Shown here piece by piece: positions 18,775-28,801 of a stretch of DNA of 64,000 nt. This stretch comes from a virus. The stretch's first letter is position 1. Each line of letters begins with the position of its first letter. The position numbers and the translations under genes are program-made. The notes under the pieces are model-generated. The model saw only the letters and a program-made list of their open reading frames with translations, was not told the DNA's origin and ran no database searches. Location: IMG/VR virus record IMGVR_UViG_3300044630_004371, positions 22,859 to 86,858 of that record, one strand, 5' to 3'.

Positions 18775-20073
18775 TTAAAATAACTCATCAAACTTGAAAC
18801 CATCGGAATCACCATCGGAATCTTCATCCTTATCATTACCAAAAAGGTCTTTAAAATCAAACCCTCCATCGCTTTTAATACCATCGGAATTTGTTTCCAT
18901 CGAACCCTCACTATTTTTATTTACCTCATTCATTGCGTCATTAAATTCATCTTCTTGTAAACCAGTTTTAACTTCGCTAACAATTCCTTGGATTATCTTT
19001 TTACCTTCTTTGGTACCAGCCATAATCTCTCTCATTTTAACGTTGAATTCTCTAACTGGAAGTAAAGCCAATTCACTATAAATGTGATGTTTCAAATGAA
19101 AATCATCTGGTTCAATCATATTTGTAAATCTACTCCATAGACCTGGTCCTAGGCGCATATCCCATGGTTCAGCGGCCAAGAAATCAGCTTTGTTGATTAC
19201 ATATTCACCTAGTTTTTTATTTTTAGGTAAAGCATGTGCTGATAACAACTCCATTACACCCTTGACCAATTCATGGATAAGAACTGGGAATACCATCGCT
19301 TGTGCGTAGATAATGGCTTTTGGGTTTGATGTTGTTGGAAATTGAACCCTTACAACACCTCCATTTACACCATTTTCCATCTCTGGAATAATGTAATACA
19401 TATAATCAGCAGCTGCCATCATCTTAGAATATTTGTTTGGAAGTCTTGGGTCCAAATCTGTCAACTCATCATCAACCATGTGAAACATGTGGTTGCATTT
19501 TTTAGCAGCACCTTGTATCATGGCGTTCATAAACCTTCTTCTGTAAACCTCGTCCTTTGCGTTTACCATTTCATCATGGTTTTTAAACTGCATTTCACTT
19601 GTCATAGGTTTAGGATTCTTTTTGGTTGCAACCATATTTATTTCGGTAGTCAATTCAGCGTGAATTTCAACAACGTCTTTGCTCATATTAAATTCCTCAC
19701 GTATCATTTCTTCAGCCAATTTACAAAGAGCTTTTCTGTGTTTTGTCTCCAACCCTATGGTTTCATAAACCATGGGCATCATTTCACGCATAACATCTCT
19801 ATTTTCAATTGAATCAACATCAAACGTTCTTTTATAACGTTTGGCAACTTCGCTAAAACGTTCACCCATTATTTTTTCTTCAAACATAGCTTCATCCCCT
19901 TCTGGAAATACTGGATGTTTACCCAATGAATGGTTTCCATTAAGCAAATCCTCCTCAAGTTTCTTGTGCATTCTTTCAGACATACCTTCTGGATACACAA
20001 CACCCTCGTTCAAAGTTTTTGGGTTGTTGGCTTTTTTCAAAGCATTTTCAACTATTTTTTTGTAATCACTCAT
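18775..20073 (-). CDS. Conserved head-associated protein of unknown function
   Basis: 432-aa ORF in the late operon; N-terminal ...KTLNE possible cleavage site. Confidence 0.7.
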   Translation of the reverse strand: MSDYKKIVENALKKANNPKTLNEGVVYPEGMSERMHKKLEEDLLNGNHSLGKHPVFPEGDEAMFEEKIMGERFSEVAKRYKRTFDVDSIENRDVMREMMPMVYETIGLETKHRKALCKLAEEMIREEFNMSKDVVEIHAELTTEINMVATKKNPKPMTSEMQFKNHDEMVNAKDEVYRRRFMNAMIQGAAKKCNHMFHMVDDELTDLDPRLPNKYSKMMAAADYMYYIIPEMENGVNGGVVRVQFPTTSNPKAIIYAQAMVFPVLIHELVKGVMELLSAHALPKNKKLGEYVINKADFLAAEPWDMRLGPGLWSRFTNMIEPDDFHLKHHIYSELALLPVREFNVKMREIMAGTKEGKKIIQGIVSEVKTGLQEDEFNDAMNEVNKNSEGSMETNSDGIKSDGGFDFKDLFGNDKDEDSDGDSDGFKFDELF

Positions 20074-21101
20074 TATTTTATATCTTTTACTTTTACTACT
20101 TTTATTACTTTTGGTTTTGATAAACTTTCAGTTAATTCAGCTTTTGTTATAACTTTTTTTTCAGTTATTGGAGCTGCTGGTTCAACATCTTTAGTTTTAG
20201 ATAAAACTTTTAAACCGTTTATTAAATTAGGTAACCCTTGTCTCGGAACACCAATTAATTCAGCGAAAGCTGCTATTACTTCTCTTTTAGCAACAGGGGT
20301 TTTAATAGTTTGAATTATGTTTGTTGGGATTCTTTTAGATATCAATACCATAAGTTTTTTAGCTTTAGCATTCATTTCTTCATCGTTTTCTTCACCAGTA
20401 GGTGTCACCTCCACTAAACTTATTTTTGATTCTTTTTTCCCACCAAACACTCTATTTTCAAAGAATTTTCTAAATTCTTTGATTGTCATGTATTTTTCAT
20501 CTTCACTCATTACAGCAACAGCCAATTCAACAATGTTTTTAAATTTTCTGAATTTACCAGTTTTTTCATTAACTAAATAATGTTTAAATTCAGAAAGATT
20601 TAAAGAATCCATACCTTTAGATTCAAGTTTAATTTTTTCTTCAATATTACCACCAAACATATCTTCATGTTGTATCATTGTTTCTTTTTCCATCATAGGT
20701 TTGGCAATGTTTTCTTCAAAATAATCCATAGGGTAAATAATGTTTTCACCAGCTTCATCTGTTTCATCGTGACAAAATACAGCCAAACCAACCTCTCCGC
20801 TAGGGTGAATACCTCTAATCATTTGATATTTATTATTACCTATATCGAATGGGGCTGAAACCTCACCAGTATTTTCGTCTTTCACGTTGGAAAGATACTT
20901 GATAGTTGCTTTGTCTTGTGGTTCGATAAAAGCTTCTGGTGACACCATTTCATTTTCTTCCATCTTACTAGACATTGATGAAGATGATGCTCCTTTATCA
21001 ACTATTCTAACTGTATCTGTTGGTTTAAGATGTCCTCTTTGTTTATTCAATTCGTCACCTGTCAATTCTACTGTAATTTCGTTAACTTTTTTATTGTTCA
21101 T
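20073..21101 (-). CDS. Putative internal head protein
   Basis: Multiple VNE/IEE/ITE/LTE sites; translationally coupled to neighbours. Confidence 0.6.
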   Translation of the reverse strand: MNNKKVNEITVELTGDELNKQRGHLKPTDTVRIVDKGASSSSMSSKMEENEMVSPEAFIEPQDKATIKYLSNVKDENTGEVSAPFDIGNNKYQMIRGIHPSGEVGLAVFCHDETDEAGENIIYPMDYFEENIAKPMMEKETMIQHEDMFGGNIEEKIKLESKGMDSLNLSEFKHYLVNEKTGKFRKFKNIVELAVAVMSEDEKYMTIKEFRKFFENRVFGGKKESKISLVEVTPTGEENDEEMNAKAKKLMVLISKRIPTNIIQTIKTPVAKREVIAAFAELIGVPRQGLPNLINGLKVLSKTKDVEPAAPITEKKVITKAELTESLSKPKVIKVVKVKDIK

Positions 21102-21498
21102 GATTTTGTTTGTTATAATTTAGTATTAGGTCTTTTTCATATAGTTTACCTTCAACACTCTTCAAAGGCTCACCAAATTTAAAACAAAGTCTTTTATCTG
21201 GGTAAGAATCATAAACGTTTATGTTCTCCCACGCCAAAGCTATAACATCATCTACCGCATCCCAAACAGCGAACGTGTCACTATTTTGTATTACGTCCAA
21301 TTTTAATTCTGATTCCAAACGACCAACTTTTTTAATAAAGTGTTCGTGTGGTGCTTCTGGTCGGCCAGAGGCTGGGAAAGTATCCCATTCATTTCCATCA
21401 ATATTTTTGGTCGTATCAGAAAAGATAAATTCATAAAGATAATCACCTTTATAATCTTTACCAACCATGTTTACATATATTAAAAATAGGTCTTTCAT
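21091..21498 (-). CDS. Conserved hypothetical protein
   Basis: 135-aa ORF overlapping both neighbours. Confidence 0.7.
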   Translation of the reverse strand: MKDLFLIYVNMVGKDYKGDYLYEFIFSDTTKNIDGNEWDTFPASGRPEAPHEHFIKKVGRLESELKLDVIQNSDTFAVWDAVDDVIALAWENINVYDSYPDKRLCFKFGEPLKSVEGKLYEKDLILNYNKQNHEQ

Positions 21499-24103
21499 TA
21501 ACCGATATACATGTTTAATTCATAGTTACCACCATCCATTCTATAAATTTGAATATTTAAAGACTTTCTTTGTGGCATACCATCCTTTGTTAGTTCTTTG
21601 TGTAATCTTTCTGTATGACCATAAGGTACGTGTTGAACATCGTTCATATCAAACTCAACCCCATCGTAACCTCTATTGATAGCATAACCTCTAACTGCAT
21701 CCAAAGCACTAGAAAGAGTCTTGTGGTATGTCTCATAATCAAATTTACCCTCTTTAACAGCTTTTGGGTCTGGTTGAGTGCTGGGCATTGGTAGGAAAGG
21801 TTTATCCTTTCTACTTGGTTGTCTTACAGGTTGTTCTGCTGGTTTAGTTGTTGGTTTTACAACTGGTTCTGTTACTGGTTGATTCATAGTGTCTTCTTGA
21901 TTAAAAGATTCATACATCTTCATTTTAATATAATTTTTATCAAATATACTACTTTTTTTTGATTCTGACAAGTCTTTTTCAACAATTTTAGACACTGGTT
22001 TTTTAGACCACATTCTACATGACCAATATTTAGGTGTTGTTCTATCTTTGGCTTGAGAACACTTGTGTCTTGCTCTAAAAGATTTTCTTCTTTTTGGATT
22101 GTCTCTTTTTATTTCCATATTGGGGTCACCAAAATTGACTTTTACAACCTTACCAGAACTATTTTTAACAAATACCTTGAATTTCTTAACATCACCTCTC
22201 ATTGGTTTACCCAATTTTACAGTTCTGCCTTTATATTCAGCTTCATTCATGGTTGTATTTTGAACACTACCGTATTCATCACTATAACCACCTTGAGTTT
22301 CACCATCATAAGAATCAACCTCGGTTTCAATAAAGTGATAAACTTCTTCAACATCATCAGCTGAAGTAGCCACATGGTCTAGTGCCCAACCATGACCATC
22401 AGATAGAATTGAATCAACTCTAGATGGGTCCATTTCTAACATTTCTTTGGCACCATGATGCATGGTTTTTAGGTTTTGCCAAAACATGTAATTATTTGAT
22501 TCATGTTCGTGTTCCATCATAGGTTCACCATCAGCACCTTCATAGTTTATTTGACCTTCCAAGAAATGATAAACTTCTTCAATGTCATCATTTGCAGTAG
22601 CCATATGGTCTAGTGCCCAACCATGACCATCAGATAGAATTGAATCCACTCTATTGCAATCCATTTTCATCAACTCACCAGTTGCATGAACAATTGTTTT
22701 AAGGTTAGACCAAAACATGTAATTATTTGTTTCACCCATATTTTCATTAAGTTCATCTGAAGTATCATAATGTTTTAAGTTTCCTATAGGATATCTTTCA
22801 CCAGTTTCAGCGTTATATAAAACAATCACCTCTTCACCATCTTTATTACCAATAAAATAGTGTATGTTATCATTGGTTAAACTCCAATATAAAGTTCTTC
22901 CATAATCATCTTCTTCTCTTTTTTGTACTTTATCACCAGAAGCAGACTCAATAGCTGATTTAACAAAATCAAAACTAATATTTTCATAAACGTTATATTT
23001 GGATTCATTTGTTGATTTTTTACCCCATGAATCACCTTTTCCTTTGGTTTTACAAGCACTAGGTGTTGGTCTGCATGAAGGATACTTGGCTCTGCTTTCA
23101 CCATCTTCTCTACCACATGGTTTACATTTTCCATCCCTACATGTATTGCAATCTACCCAACCCTTGCTACCTTCACCACCTCTTCTAGAAAACCAACCAT
23201 GCAATCCGCTTTCTTTTTCTTTAGAAAAATCAGTTTTTTTAGCGGCTTCTTCTATTGATTCATTATGTTTTTTTCTTCCTTGGCAATGTGCTTTTTGACT
23301 AAAACCCTTAGGGTTGTCACAATCAATACTTCTTTTATATTTTTGTGACCATTTTTCATCTAATTGTTCGTCAGTCATGGACTTATAATCACCCATTTCT
23401 TTTAAATCTTCCTCCTTAAGCCCTTTCCAAATCTTACCTTTTCTGCATCTAACAACAGCACCAGAAGCATAAGCAGATGGCCAAACATCATATTTGCTTT
23501 TAGCTATTCTTGTGCATCTGTCTGATTCATCTAAAATATCATTTGAACCATCTTGAAACATATTGTTTTTCTTAGGGTTAACAAATAAATTATCCATGTT
23601 TTCGTAAACATGCAATTCATCCAAACCTTCTTCGTCAGATGGTTCAGATTCTGGTTCTGGTTCTTCGCTAGGTGTTTCATCAGATGTTTCATCGCTTTCT
23701 GGGGCAACATCTTTATCTTTTTGACCAGCAGTTTTAACTTTGTTTATGATGTCTTTTTGGTCATCAACATCCATTTCAGAAGTGTGAGTTGCTGACAATA
23801 ACGAATTTATTGAGAACTTTTCTAGTTCAAAATCTGGTTGACCTTGTTCTTCAGTATATTTTCTTAGGGATTGTCCTAACTTTCCAGTTAGTTGCTCAAT
23901 AAATTTCTTTGGGTCTGTTTCTTCATTAGCATCAACACCAGCATCAAATGGTTCATCATCAAATGGTTTTTCATTTGAACTTGGTGTTTCACTATCAAAT
24001 GAAATATCTGCTGGTTCTGCTGGTTCTGCTGGTTCAGTTGTAGCTGCTGGTTCTGGGGTAGAACCAGCAACTTTTAACTTATATTTTGTTTCTTCAGTTA
24101 GAC
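21498..24103 (-). CDS. Modular head polyprotein, downstream frame of a -1 frameshift (about 1108 aa when fused to 24098-24823)
   Basis: The frame of the 766-aa ORF stays open upstream to the A10 run at 24104-24113 with no ATG near its 5' end; small modules (WPSAYASG, DCDNPKGFSQKAHC, GLHGWF..WVDC, NNYMFW x2, KVNFGDP..SFRARHKC) are separated by xxE sites. Confidence 0.75.
22330..22735 (-). repeat. Internally duplicated domain (NNYMFWxNLKT...ILSDGHGWALDH...EEVYHF) x2
   Basis: Identical DNA cores, e.g. TGGTCTAGTGCCCAACCATGACCATCAGATAGAATTGAATC, at about 22375 and 22606. Confidence 0.9.
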
Positions 24104-24823
24104 TTTTTTTTTTAACCCTTCAGTTAGGTTATTGATAAGTCTATCCATGTTTTTAATTGATGTTGAAATGCTAAGTTTTGATTCTTCCATACCTTTCTTT
24201 TCACCTCTTAACTTTTTGAAATCATCACTATCCAACTTGCCATTTTTATTCATGTCAAGTTTTGATTGATTTCCTTTAAGTTCTTCTCTAGTCATCATTT
24301 CATCTATGGCTTTTTCAGCTTCAGAAAGCTCATCTTCTTCTTCTTCTTCTTCTTCCCACATTGATTGTTGTCCTTCATTGTTTCCTTTACCAGAAAAACC
24401 ATTGGTTTTCATTTCAGAAAAACCACCAGCACTAGGCATGTTTTCTGAAATAAGGTTGTCGTTTTCAAATATGTTGATTTCACCTTCAAAGTTATAAGCT
24501 TCAGCTAGACTTTTGAATTTAAAACTTAAATGTTTGATGGCCTTGGCATATGAAGTGTAAACTTCATCTTTTTTGTTCATCAAACCTCCGATATATTTGA
24601 AATCTTCAGCAACCAAGTTAGAAGTTTTGGTGGTTTTTTTAATAAACCATTCGTGGTTTTCTCTTATGATAGCATAAGCGTTACCGTCTGGACCCATCTT
24701 GGTCAATTCAACAACAACATTAGATTGGTTTTCATTAATAGATTTGATACCCATTAATTCTTTCATACGTTCATTTATTTGTTGTCCCTTAAGACCAACT
24801 GGTGTGATTCTATTATTTTTCAT
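24098..24823 (-). CDS. Head-associated protein; upstream frame of the -1 frameshift
   Basis: 241 aa ending LKKKV* across TTA AAA AAA AAA GTC TAA; EF-hand-like DMNKNGKLDSDDF; ATATTTATA motif upstream. Confidence 0.8.
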   Translation of the reverse strand: MKNNRITPVGLKGQQINERMKELMGIKSINENQSNVVVELTKMGPDGNAYAIIRENHEWFIKKTTKTSNLVAEDFKYIGGLMNKKDEVYTSYAKAIKHLSFKFKSLAEAYNFEGEINIFENDNLISENMPSAGGFSEMKTNGFSGKGNNEGQQSMWEEEEEEEDELSEAEKAIDEMMTREELKGNQSKLDMNKNGKLDSDDFKKLRGEKKGMEESKLSISTSIKNMDRLINNLTEGLKKKV

Positions 24824-24864
24824 GTTATATCCTTTTGTTTTTTGTTTATTTTAATATAAATATG

Positions 24865-25122
24865 TTACTGCCCCAAATAGTAACCATTTGGTAAACCTTG
24901 AAATACATTTTGTTTTTCACCTAATAGATAACAACCAGTACCACCACTTACACTATTAACCCAAACCCTTAAATTTGATTGAGCCCCTACACTAACGGTT
25001 ACACCATTAAGTACTATTGTACAACCAGCAGAACCACCATATATTTCATTATATGTGTGTGCTGTCAAATTAGGTGACTGAGCTGGAACGATTATGCTAT
25101 GTACATCATTAATATTTGTCAT
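24865..25122 (-). CDS. Small late protein, possibly virion decoration
   Basis: 85-aa beta-rich ORF with the ATATTTATA motif at 25139-25147. Confidence 0.65.
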   Translation of the reverse strand: MTNINDVHSIIVPAQSPNLTAHTYNEIYGGSAGCTIVLNGVTVSVGAQSNLRVWVNSVSGGTGCYLLGEKQNVFQGLPNGYYLGQ

Positions 25123-25204
25123 TTTTATATTGTTTTCTTATAAATATCACTTAAAACAAAAAAAGCACCTCTAGGTGCTTTTATATTATTATTTTAATTG
25201 GTAG

Positions 25205-26200
25205 CTAGTTGCTTAAAGGTGCTTTTATTGTTGGGTGTGATTGATAATCACCTAATTGTATATCTTCTTCTAATAAGCATCTACAAAATTCATCATTTTT
25301 AAATGAATCAAAAATAGCCGCTGCATCTAAAGGTCCTTCACCACACTCACCACCTTCATAAGGCCAAAACTCAGTGTTGATGTTTAGGGTTGGTAGTGGA
25401 TATGGTTCTCTTGCTCTGGTTGGAACCCCCCATGTATCTAAACAATATAATATTTTATCATCATCATTTTGTGTATGACCAAAATCTAATAATCCATCAT
25501 ATCCTAGTATATCAATACCATAATTAGTTCTTTCTTCCAAACTCAATTCTCTACCAATTTGTTCTTTGGCTTGTTCAACATGATTTGAATATAAATGCAC
25601 ATCACCTAAATTACCAATAAGCTCATCTGGAACCATATTAACTGCCTTGGCGATTATTTCAAGTAGCAATCCATAAGAAGCAATATTGAATGGTAAACCT
25701 AAGAATGTATCTACTGAACGTTGATTCCACATCAGTGAGATTGCTCTGGTTGGTATTGTATCTTTGTACTTTTCATAATCCATTCCAATATCTCCGTACT
25801 TTTTAATATATAAATCAACTCTTTCTCCTCTATTCAACTCTCTTGTATAAACTTGAAATCCATAATGACAAGGTGGAAGAACCATTTGGTCGAGCTCGGC
25901 TGGGTTCCAAGCTGACACAAGTAGGCGTCTTGAATCTGGGTTTGTTTTAAGGTCTTGGATTAGGTTTGCGATTTGGTCTGTGTGTGTGAACTCTGTTGAA
26001 TGTATTTTATAGATACCTTCCGTTTTATCTAATTCATCAACGTGAATAGTCTTAAATTGTTTCCAACTTCTCCATTGCTTACCATACACTGGCCCGAGGT
26101 TACCAAACCTATCAGCAAATTTTTTATCAGTTTTTATTTTTTCTACAAATTCTTCTTTTGTATAGGGTCTACCCTCTGGATGTAAATGTTCTTTATTCAT
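25205..26200 (-). CDS. thyA: Thymidylate synthase, C-terminal (catalytic) fragment
   Basis: LGPVYGKQWR, PDSRRLLVSAWN, LPPCH, QRSVDTFLGLPFNIASY, GDVHLYSNH, IKAPLSN; likely start MNKEH, 4 nt after the GIY-YIG stop. Confidence 0.93.
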   Translation of the reverse strand: MNKEHLHPEGRPYTKEEFVEKIKTDKKFADRFGNLGPVYGKQWRSWKQFKTIHVDELDKTEGIYKIHSTEFTHTDQIANLIQDLKTNPDSRRLLVSAWNPAELDQMVLPPCHYGFQVYTRELNRGERVDLYIKKYGDIGMDYEKYKDTIPTRAISLMWNQRSVDTFLGLPFNIASYGLLLEIIAKAVNMVPDELIGNLGDVHLYSNHVEQAKEQIGRELSLEERTNYGIDILGYDGLLDFGHTQNDDDKILYCLDTWGVPTRAREPYPLPTLNINTEFWPYEGGECGEGPLDAAAIFDSFKNDEFCRCLLEEDIQLGDYQSHPTIKAPLSN

Positions 26201-26204
26201 AACT

Positions 26205-26948
26205 TTATTTTTTTTTACAATTATCAAAATGATACCTGACCATATTTGCCGATTTTTTAGCGGATAAATTACAATGAGGACAAGTAATTATTTCACGATT
26301 TTTAATTGATTCTTTTTGTTTTCTAATGCTATCATCACTTCTTTTACTACCTAATTTTAATTCTGATAATATTTTTTTTGTTTTGTCCGTGTGGTGTTTT
26401 CCAAACATAGAGTTTTTTTCTCCTTTTGATGTACCATTAATTCTTTTAGTTTCCTTTTGTTTATTTATCTGTTCAATCGGTTTTGGAACCCCTTTTTGAG
26501 ATTCACTAATTTTTTTATTTCTTTCAAGTATGAAAGTGGGATTATTTAATCTTGTTTCATTCCACTTGTTTTTCATTGATTCGGAAATTTTTTTTATTCT
26601 ATTTTCTTTCTCATCTGTCGGTTTGTCACTTTCAGTTTTTCTTTTCCTTTCATAAATTTCTTTTTTTTGTGGATTATTAGAAATTGTATCTCCCCCATTT
26701 CCTCCTAATGCAATATTATAACCTTCTTTTATAGAATTAAAATAATTAATCCAATAAACTTCTCTTTCTAACCAAGTTTTTTCATTTTCACATTCTTCAA
26801 TCACTTCTTTAACAAAGTTATCTTTACCATATTTCACTATAGCTTGTTTCAATATTTTACCAGAACCAAGATACTTATCGTTGTTGTGTTTATCCTTACC
26901 TATATAAATTTTCCCGTTAATCAAATTTGTTGTTTTGTATATAATCAT
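26205..26948 (-). CDS. GIY-YIG (Seg-like) homing endonuclease with NUMOD3-type repeats
   Basis: MIIYKTTNLINGKIYIGK, YLGSG, GYNIALGG, GEKNSMFGKHHT, C-terminal CPHC; own ATATTTAT motif at 26965-26972. Confidence 0.9.
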   Translation of the reverse strand: MIIYKTTNLINGKIYIGKDKHNNDKYLGSGKILKQAIVKYGKDNFVKEVIEECENEKTWLEREVYWINYFNSIKEGYNIALGGNGGDTISNNPQKKEIYERKRKTESDKPTDEKENRIKKISESMKNKWNETRLNNPTFILERNKKISESQKGVPKPIEQINKQKETKRINGTSKGEKNSMFGKHHTDKTKKILSELKLGSKRSDDSIRKQKESIKNREIITCPHCNLSAKKSANMVRYHFDNCKKK

Positions 26949-27004
26949 AATAATATCTTTATTAATAAATATACAAAAAAACCAAAAAAACTCAATAAGA
27001 ATAG

Positions 27005-27322
27005 TTATTTATTTGAATTTTTTTCTAACTTTTCACACTCTTCCAAATAAGAACGGTAAGCGTCTCCTGTCCAGATATTACAGTCGTTTTCTAATAGATA
27101 CTCTATTGATGTATCACCGCGTAAAAACCAAATAAGTTCAGTAACCATTGTTTTAAACGCCATCTTCTTGGTAGTCAACAATGGAAAACCATCACTCATT
27201 TTATGACGAATTTGTCTACCAAATACCGATAGCACTTCTCCATTTCTGGTTTGTTTCTTTACTCCATTATCTAAGATGTCTTGGAGTAGGTCTGTGTAAC
27301 TTTTATCTAATGTGTTACTCAT
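27005..27322 (-). CDS. thyA: Thymidylate synthase, N-terminal fragment
   Basis: [48 protein letters not shown]; ends in TAA before the endonuclease. Confidence 0.93.
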   Translation of the reverse strand: MSNTLDKSYTDLLQDILDNGVKKQTRNGEVLSVFGRQIRHKMSDGFPLLTTKKMAFKTMVTELIWFLRGDTSIEYLLENDCNIWTGDAYRSYLEECEKLEKNSNK

Positions 27323-27980
27323 AACTTTCTATTGTTTTATCGTTGTATGTTATTGTGATTAGTTTGGTTGGGATATTAAAATCATCTAAAAAGCGATGTG
27401 ATGGTAATGCCATTCTATCCCATGGAAATTGTTTATCTTTTGGATAATAATCAAAACGGATACGCCATCTTTCTTCTTCACTTAACTCTCTTTCCGCAAT
27501 CTTTAATCCCCACTTTTCACTGAACTCTGGATTGGTTTTACATTCAAAAACAAAAAGTTCTTTTGTGGGGATGTCATCACAACCTAAAAAATAATTGTGG
27601 TAATTATCGTAAGCCTTATCCAATAAATCACTTTCCTCAAGTGTATTTTTCTGAATAGTTTGTTTTTCTATAGCTTTAAAGATTGAAAATTTTTTATTGG
27701 TATGTTTTAAATTATTTAAAACACCGCTCTCTTCCCATTTTTTTAAAATTTCTTCTTTTTCCCTTATAATTTTATTTTGAATATTAATACCAGCACTCCA
27801 ATTTAACCACTTTATTACAAATAAATAAGTTATTTTATCATCTTCGGTTATCTTTCTCCAATCCAATTTTCGAAACCCAATAGTTGGGATTAAATAGCAT
27901 AATTCTTCTTCTCCGAAATGTAAGCTAATTTTATCTGTTAATGTAATATCGTAATTTTTTAACATGGTTTTAAGCTTCAC
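27315..27980 (-). CDS. Hypothetical protein whose C-terminal half resembles ThyA insertion segments
   Basis: [35 protein letters not shown] parallels ThyA AYRSY..TKEEF..KTDKKFADRFG..RELNRGER..IPTRAI. Confidence 0.6.
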   Translation of the reverse strand: MKLKTMLKNYDITLTDKISLHFGEEELCYLIPTIGFRKLDWRKITEDDKITYLFVIKWLNWSAGINIQNKIIREKEEILKKWEESGVLNNLKHTNKKFSIFKAIEKQTIQKNTLEESDLLDKAYDNYHNYFLGCDDIPTKELFVFECKTNPEFSEKWGLKIAERELSEEERWRIRFDYYPKDKQFPWDRMALPSHRFLDDFNIPTKLITITYNDKTIESYE

Positions 27981-28449
27981 TTGTTTCTGGTTGAGGGTTA
28001 GTTACTTTATAGTAAGCGGCCATTTTGCTTTCCAATTTACGAAGGATATCATTATCAACTTTTCCAGTGCTTATGTAGTTGGCAACCATAGCAGCCATAA
28101 TTTCCATCATATTTTTAGAAACACCTTCAGTTGAAGCCTTTTCTTCAGCTACTTTCAGTTCATCAACTTCTTTTAAGATAGATTTAATAGTGTTTTCATC
28201 AAGCTTGTCCAATTTTTCAAAGTTGGTATATTTTTTCTTTATGTAAGTGCTAAATGTTATCCCATTACTATCAGATGTTTCAAATCTTGTGTAGTCAGTT
28301 AATTCAACATTAGGATATTTGTATTGCCCTCCATTGTTAAAGATTACTGTTAAGTCTTTGGTTAGTGTGTCAAATATTGAAGCGCAAATTGTTGAAGACG
28401 AATACATTGCCTTTATTTTTCCATTTTTTTCTTGTTTTTTAATAATCAT
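27970..28449 (-). CDS. KTSC-domain-like protein
   Basis: SSTI....FD..TKDLTVIFNNGGQYKYPNV...Y..F..SDSNG pattern. Confidence 0.7.
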   Translation of the reverse strand: MIIKKQEKNGKIKAMYSSSTICASIFDTLTKDLTVIFNNGGQYKYPNVELTDYTRFETSDSNGITFSTYIKKKYTNFEKLDKLDENTIKSILKEVDELKVAEEKASTEGVSKNMMEIMAAMVANYISTGKVDNDILRKLESKMAAYYKVTNPQPETSEA

Positions 28450-28472
28450 TTAATCATTTATTTATTTATTTG

Positions 28473-28709
28473 TTATTTTGAATGAGTTTTATAAGCAGCG
28501 ATATCCTTTAATGGGAAAATCTTACCAGTACTGGTCAAGGCATCTTTTATTTCATCTCTTTCATCTATTATTACTATAATATAATCACCAGTTATCATAA
28601 GTCCACAGTCTTCAAAACTTATATTTATTGTAGATGGAAGACTAGAATCGTCTGTTTTAAGTAATAATTCTACTTTTCCAAATTTGGGAGCCATGTTTGA
28701 TGTCATCAT
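28473..28709 (-). CDS. Hypothetical protein
   Basis: 78-aa ORF with a TATCTTTG box upstream, divergent from clpC. Confidence 0.65.
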   Translation of the reverse strand: MMTSNMAPKFGKVELLLKTDDSSLPSTINISFEDCGLMITGDYIIVIIDERDEIKDALTSTGKIFPLKDIAAYKTHSK

Positions 28710-28801
28710 TTACTTTTTATACAAAGATACTAATATTTATTTAAAGAATCAAGCACTTGTTAGATTAAAAATAATGTAGTATATTTGCATAAATTAAACC
28801 T

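Noticed and set aside
10962-19812. Numerous + strand ORFs (Ser/Pro/Phe-rich, e.g. 11168-11545, 14925-15272, 19342-19812)
   Set aside because: Antisense shadows of acidic or Gly-rich - strand genes
22330-22735. DGR or mobile repeat explanation of the duplicated NNYMFW module
   Set aside because: Both copies are in-frame protein domains with ordinary divergence
26200-27005. Group I intron or intein in thyA
   Set aside because: Only 56 nt and 4 nt of non-coding flank, no recognisable catalytic core, and stop codons separate the three ORFs
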